Shown here: positions 50,768 through 55,050 of the stretch, piece after piece
How positions within the stretch are numbered: the first letter of the stretch is position 1
How the letters are laid out: each line of letters begins with the position of its first letter
Source of the DNA: Candidatus Gottesmanbacteria bacterium
Lineage (GTDB): Bacteria; Patescibacteriota; Microgenomatia; UBA10105; UBA927
Length of the DNA: 55,050 nt
Assembly: GCA_903821745.1 (NCBI GenBank)
Contig: CAIJMI010000005.1
Span: 1-55,050 of the forward strand
Direction: 5' to 3'
Notes under the pieces: generated by a model
The model's database searches: none
The model's input: the letters and a program-made list of their open reading frames with translations, nothing else
What the model was told of the DNA's origin: nothing
Position numbers and translations under genes: made by a program

Positions 50768-52092
50768 ACCAATACGAAACAATCGTTGGAATGGAAATAC
50801 ATGTAGAACTGGCAACCAGTTCAAAAATGTTTTGTTCCTGTAAAAATGATCCATTTGGTGCACCGAAACCAAATATGTACACATGCCCGGTGTGTTTAGG
50901 GCTTCCTGGTGCACTGCCGGTACCGAATAAAAAAGCAATCGAATGGACAATTAAGCTTGGTCTTGCGCTCGGATGTGAAATTCAATTGTATTCAAAATTT
51001 GACCGTAAGCATTATTTTTATCCAGATCTAGCTAAAGGGTATCAAATTTCCCAATATGATCTCCCATTTTGTCGAAATGGATTGATTACAACAGAACTTG
51101 GTGACGTTCGGATTCACAGAGTACATCTGGAAGAGGATACAGGAAAGCTTCAACACGCGATGGTTGATGGAAAAAAAGTAACACTCGTTGATTTTAATCG
51201 GTCAAGTGTTCCACTCGTTGAAATTGTGACCGAACCGGATATCCATTCTGGGGAACAGGCAAAACTCTTTTTGAAAAAGCTACATCAAATTGTCAGGTAT
51301 CTTGGGGTGTCATCTGCGGATATGGAAAAAGGCAGCATGCGTTTGGAGCCGAACATTTCCGTCCGGAAAATTGGTGAAAGGGAATTGCCAAAGTACAAAG
51401 TGGAAGTAAAAAATATTAACTCATTCAATTTCGTAAAACGGGCAATCGATTTTGAAACCAAACGACACATTGAACTTCTTGAGGCCGGACAAATGCCGAA
51501 GCAAGAAACACGTGGGTACGTTGAAGGAACATCTTCAACCGTTTCCCAACGAAGTAAGGAGGAAGCCGCAGATTATCGGTATTTCCCAGATCCGGATATT
51601 CCACCAATTCGTCTTACAGAAGCATATGTTACCGAAATTAAAAAAACATTGCCAGAGCTTCCTGATAGTAAAATTGAGCGGTTTATGAAGGAATACGGAT
51701 TAAGTAGTGATGAGGCAGTACATATAACAGATGAAAAGACCGGGGCTGATTATTTTGAAAGTTGTGTTTCACTTGCACAAGGAAGTTTCGAAACACAAAA
51801 TATTACTCCGACAATCATCGCTCGGAATTTAATTAATGTGCATGAGGAAGAAATGTCACCAAAAAAGCGCATTGATGCGCTTCTTGCAAAAGCGCAAGAG
51901 AAAAACGTGGATGCAGGAGTTATAACAGTAGCTGTTACATTAGTGTTGGGCCAACAAACGAAAGCCATTGCGGATTATAAACATGGAAAACTATCTGCTT
52001 TAATGTTTCTGGTTGGAATGGTCAAAAAAGAGCTCAAAGGGAAAGGGGACGCAGGTATAATCGAACAAGAGTTGAAGAAACGGTTATCTTAA
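50764..52092 (+). CDS. gatB: Asp/Glu-tRNA(Asn/Gln) amidotransferase subunit B
   Basis: YETIVGMEIHVEL, CPVCLGLPGALP, HLEEDTGK, NRSSVPLVEIV. ATGA overlap with gatA (ATG 50764). Confidence 0.92.
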   Translation: MNQYETIVGMEIHVELATSSKMFCSCKNDPFGAPKPNMYTCPVCLGLPGALPVPNKKAIEWTIKLGLALGCEIQLYSKFDRKHYFYPDLAKGYQISQYDLPFCRNGLITTELGDVRIHRVHLEEDTGKLQHAMVDGKKVTLVDFNRSSVPLVEIVTEPDIHSGEQAKLFLKKLHQIVRYLGVSSADMEKGSMRLEPNISVRKIGERELPKYKVEVKNINSFNFVKRAIDFETKRHIELLEAGQMPKQETRGYVEGTSSTVSQRSKEEAADYRYFPDPDIPPIRLTEAYVTEIKKTLPELPDSKIERFMKEYGLSSDEAVHITDEKTGADYFESCVSLAQGSFETQNITPTIIARNLINVHEEEMSPKKRIDALLAKAQEKNVDAGVITVAVTLVLGQQTKAIADYKHGKLSALMFLVGMVKKELKGKGDAGIIEQELKKRLS

Positions 52093-52093
52093 T

Positions 52094-55050
52094 ATGGCAG
52101 CAGATTTTATTCATCTTCATACGCATAGCGAATTTTCGCTTCTTGATGGTCTTGGAAAATTAGATTACCTCATCGAAAAAGCAAAATCATTTGGTATGGA
52201 TGCCCTGGCAATAACTGACCACGGATCCATGTATGGCAGTTTTAAATTCTACATGAAAGCACTTACTGCCGGAATTAAGCCCATTATTGGTGTCGAGACG
52301 TATGTAGCCCGGCGTAGCCGTTTTGATAAAGAAACGAAAATCGATACAGATCCGTATCATTTAATACTTCTTGCAGAAAATGATACGGGGTATAAAAATT
52401 TAATGAAATTGGTTTCCATTTCTTATTTAGAGGGTTTTTACTACAAACCTCGCATAGATTTTGAAACGCTTGCAAAATATCATGAGGGTGTTATCTGTTT
52501 AAGTGCATGTCTTCAAGGACAGATTTCACAGCTTTTACTTCGTGATGAAGAGAAAGAAGCAGAAAAAGTTGCAAAACAGTATGCGGAAGTGTTTGGCGAC
52601 AATCATTATTATTTAGAAATTCAGCGCCACGTCAATATTCCGCAAACAGATGAAGTGACAGAAAAAGTTGTGAAACTTGCACGGAAGTTAGGCCTTCCTA
52701 TTGTTGCCACAAATGATATTCATTATGTGAATGCAGATGATGCGGAGGCACAGGAAATTTTGTTATGCGTGCAGACGCAACATACGATTCTTGAAAAGAA
52801 TCGACCGATGTCCATGCTCGGTTCTCCAGATTTTTATATGCGATCTTCTGAGGAAATGAAGGAACTTTTTGCCGAATATCCGGAGGCAATTGAAAATACA
52901 GTTCGGATTGCGAATATGTGTGAACTGCATTTAACGGTTGGTGAATGGCATTTGCCGAAATATCCGGTTCCCGGTGATATGACGGCGGAACAGTACCTGA
53001 GGCAACTTGTTGAAGAACGGCTCTCGACACGTTACAAAGAAGTGACAAAGGAAATTCGGGATCGTATTGAATATGAACTTGATATTATTAATAAGAAAAA
53101 TTACACATCATATTTTCTGATTGTGCAGGATTTTGTGAATTGGGCAAAGACGCACGGTGTTGCGGTTGGCCCAGGAAGAGGCTCCGCTGCAGGATCGGTT
53201 ATTTGTTATCTTCTTAATATTACGGGTCTTGATCCTTTCTTTTTTAAGTTGCCGTTTGAGCGATTTTTAAATCCATTTCGGCCATCCGCTCCTGATATTG
53301 ATTTGGATTTTGCTGATGATAAACGAGAAGATGTTGTTGCCTATGTCACCGAAAAATTCGGGAGTGATAAGGTTGCACAAATTATTACCTTTGGAACCAT
53401 GGAGGCAAAAGGTGCCATTCGAGATGCGGGACGCGCGCTTGGTATGCCGTATGCAAAGCCTGATCGTATTTCAAAAATGATTCCACTTGGAATGCAGGGC
53501 AATGCCATGACACTTGAGAAAGCGTTGGTGCAATCAGCAGAACTTGCACTTGCGTACCAAAATGAACCGGAAACAAAACGCCTCATTGATGTCGCCAAAA
53601 AATTAGAAGGGGTCGCACGGCATGCATCCGTTCACGCTGCGGGCGTTGTGATTTCTGATGCGTCTTTGACCGATCATACGCCGATTCAAAAAGAAGCCAG
53701 GGGAGAAAAAATAATTACACAATATGATATGTACACTGTTGGAGAATACGGCGTAGGACTTTTGAAAATGGATTTTTTGGGGCTGCGGAACTTAACGATA
53801 ATGACGCAGGCATTATCCATTATTGAAAAAACGAGAGGCGTCAAAGTTGATCTGGAACATATTCCACTCGATGACAAAAAAACCTATCAGATGCTTGCTA
53901 AGGCAGAGACAACCGGTATTTTTCAGCTTGAGTCAGCTGGAATGCGCCGATATCTAAAAGAACTTGAACCAACGACTATTTTTGATGTCATGGCAATGGT
54001 CGCGTTATTCCGGCCGGGACCAATGCAAGTCATTCCGGAATTTATTAAACGCAAACATGATCCGTCACAGATTGTGTACCCGGATCCACGGCTTAAAGAC
54101 GTACTCAAACAATCCTATGGTATTATTGCGTATCAAGACGACGTGTTGTTAACGGCAATTACCCTTGCAGGATATACCTGGGGCGATGCAGATAAGCTCC
54201 GAAAAGCAGTAGGAAAGAAAATTCCGACAGAAATGAAAAAACAGCGGGAAAAGTTTATTGATGGTTGTGTTAAAAACGGCATGTCACAGAAAAAAGCGGA
54301 AGAAATATTCAATTTAATTGAACCGTTTGCTGGATACGGATTTAATAAAGCGCATGCTGCCTGTTATGCGATGATCGCGTACCAGACTGCCTATTTGAAA
54401 GCAAACTTTACCGTCGAATATATGACTGCAGTATTAACTGCAGAGTCTCGGGCAAATACCGGTCCAACACGAGATGATAAAATTTCAAATATCGTTGCTG
54501 AATGCCGACGTATGGGTCTCCCGATATTGTCTCCCGATATTAACGCGTCAGATGTGGAGTTTTCGGTTGAAGGGAAGAAAATTCGTTTGGGTCTTTCCGC
54601 CATCAAAAATGTCGGTACTGCCGCTATAGAAAGTATTTTGGCTTCACGGTCTCAAGAAAAACCATTCCATTCCTTGTTTGAGTTTCTTTCTCGCGTTGAT
54701 TTATCAAAGGTAAATAAAAAGACCGTGGAAAGCCTGATTAAGGCGGGTGCCATGGATGTGTTTGGAAAACGGTCTGCACAGCTATTAGCGCTTCCTGAAA
54801 TGGTCGAAGCGCTGCATAAAAAGAAAAAAGATATAGATAAAGGACAGTCAGGACTCTTTGATGACATGGGTGAGACGCCGACACATGAATTACCATTACC
54901 AAACGTTCCGGAGCTTCCTGGCAATGAGCTGTTAACTTTTGAGAAAGAACTCCTAGGTTTTTATTTAACTGCGCACCCACTTTCTTCTTACACCAAACAG
55001 CTTGCAAAACTGGATGTAAAGCATATAAGTGAACTGACAGAGGAAAATGT
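52094..55050 (+). CDS. dnaE: DNA polymerase III alpha subunit (DnaE), N-terminal 985 codons; continues beyond the window
   Basis: Not in the ORF track because the frame has no stop before the window end. My own translation from ATG 52094 gives MAADFIHLHTHSEFSLLDG (PHP), ITDHGSMYG, VATNDIHY, GPGRGSAAGS, IDLDF, HAAGVVIS, FQLES, FRPGP and GFNKAHAACYA. Confidence 0.92.
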   Translation, partial: MAADFIHLHTHSEFSLLDGLGKLDYLIEKAKSFGMDALAITDHGSMYGSFKFYMKALTAGIKPIIGVETYVARRSRFDKETKIDTDPYHLILLAENDTGYKNLMKLVSISYLEGFYYKPRIDFETLAKYHEGVICLSACLQGQISQLLLRDEEKEAEKVAKQYAEVFGDNHYYLEIQRHVNIPQTDEVTEKVVKLARKLGLPIVATNDIHYVNADDAEAQEILLCVQTQHTILEKNRPMSMLGSPDFYMRSSEEMKELFAEYPEAIENTVRIANMCELHLTVGEWHLPKYPVPGDMTAEQYLRQLVEERLSTRYKEVTKEIRDRIEYELDIINKKNYTSYFLIVQDFVNWAKTHGVAVGPGRGSAAGSVICYLLNITGLDPFFFKLPFERFLNPFRPSAPDIDLDFADDKREDVVAYVTEKFGSDKVAQIITFGTMEAKGAIRDAGRALGMPYAKPDRISKMIPLGMQGNAMTLEKALVQSAELALAYQNEPETKRLIDVAKKLEGVARHASVHAAGVVISDASLTDHTPIQKEARGEKIITQYDMYTVGEYGVGLLKMDFLGLRNLTIMTQALSIIEKTRGVKVDLEHIPLDDKKTYQMLAKAETTGIFQLESAGMRRYLKELEPTTIFDVMAMVALFRPGPMQVIPEFIKRKHDPSQIVYPDPRLKDVLKQSYGIIAYQDDVLLTAITLAGYTWGDADKLRKAVGKKIPTEMKKQREKFIDGCVKNGMSQKKAEEIFNLIEPFAGYGFNKAHAACYAMIAYQTAYLKANFTVEYMTAVLTAESRANTGPTRDDKISNIVAECRRMGLPILSPDINASDVEFSVEGKKIRLGLSAIKNVGTAAIESILASRSQEKPFHSLFEFLSRVDLSKVNKKTVESLIKAGAMDVFGKRSAQLLALPEMVEALHKKKKDIDKGQSGLFDDMGETPTHELPLPNVPELPGNELLTFEKELLGFYLTAHPLSSYTKQLAKLDVKHISELTEEN

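Noticed and set aside
1-55050. Looked for CRISPR arrays, transposases or integrases, inteins or introns in dnaE, ileS and the tRNAs, and stop-codon reassignment (UGA as sense)
   Set aside because: No spaced direct-repeat array or mobile-element gene was seen. dnaE, ileS and the tRNAs read through without insertions. UGA terminates several well-defined genes (for example murC at 7986-7988 and gatA at 50765-50767) exactly where the next gene starts.

Overview
This 55-kb window is almost fully coding. It uses the standard genetic code (UGA acts as a stop), AAGGAGG-type Shine-Dalgarno (SD) sites, and many 1-40 nt gene overlaps. It looks like a small-genome, monoderm-type bacterium. My best guess is Candidate Phyla Radiation/Patescibacteria. 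That guess rests on a eukaryote-like type-2 IleRS, a Trm11-like methyltransferase, an archaeal-type GlmU analogue, Mur ligases lacking an N-terminal domain, GatCAB, and tRNAs without encoded CCA. It is inference only; no search was run.

Layout, left to right:
- glyQS 3' end and a small anchored protein.
- A 22-kb expanded division/cell-wall (dcw) cluster: mraZ-rsmH-ftsL-ftsI-murE-pgeF-murC-murB-murA-(glmU-like)-ddl-murF-MBL-dgkA-mraY-murI-murD-ftsW-murG-ftsQ-ftsA-ftsZ.
- A DUF2079 membrane protein, T-box-controlled ileS, and rodA.
- rplU-(Trm11-like methyltransferase)-rpmA, parB, lepB (minus strand) and tRNA-Val.
- An AT-richer accessory block: a 984-aa secreted beta-propeller / Pro-Thr linker / lipase fusion, a methyltransferase, GT2, GT4, a GT-C-like membrane protein, a second GT2, a Wzy_C/O-antigen-ligase-like protein and an Ig-like protein.
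- tRNA-Thr, tRNA-Gly, a LysM protein and tRNA-Asp, all on the minus strand.
- polX, lemA-htpX, murT-gatD, a small antisense-end ORF, gatCAB, and the first 2.96 kb of dnaE. The dnaE frame runs off the window, so it is missing from the ORF track.

I saw no CRISPR array, transposase, integrase, rRNA or recoding.

Most notable observations:
- A complete T-box riboswitch with a terminal-loop AUC specifier and an SD-sequestering switch upstream of ileS.
- The large secreted fusion protein next to a glycosylation cluster that lacks a primer enzyme and a flippase.
- MurE and MurF without the N-terminal UDP-binding domain.
- Two tandem tRNAs with a C at the normally invariant T-loop position 55.
- A four-unit, 10-bp-phased MraZ-box array on the mraZ promoter.

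All product calls come from motifs I recognise in the translations. No database search was run.
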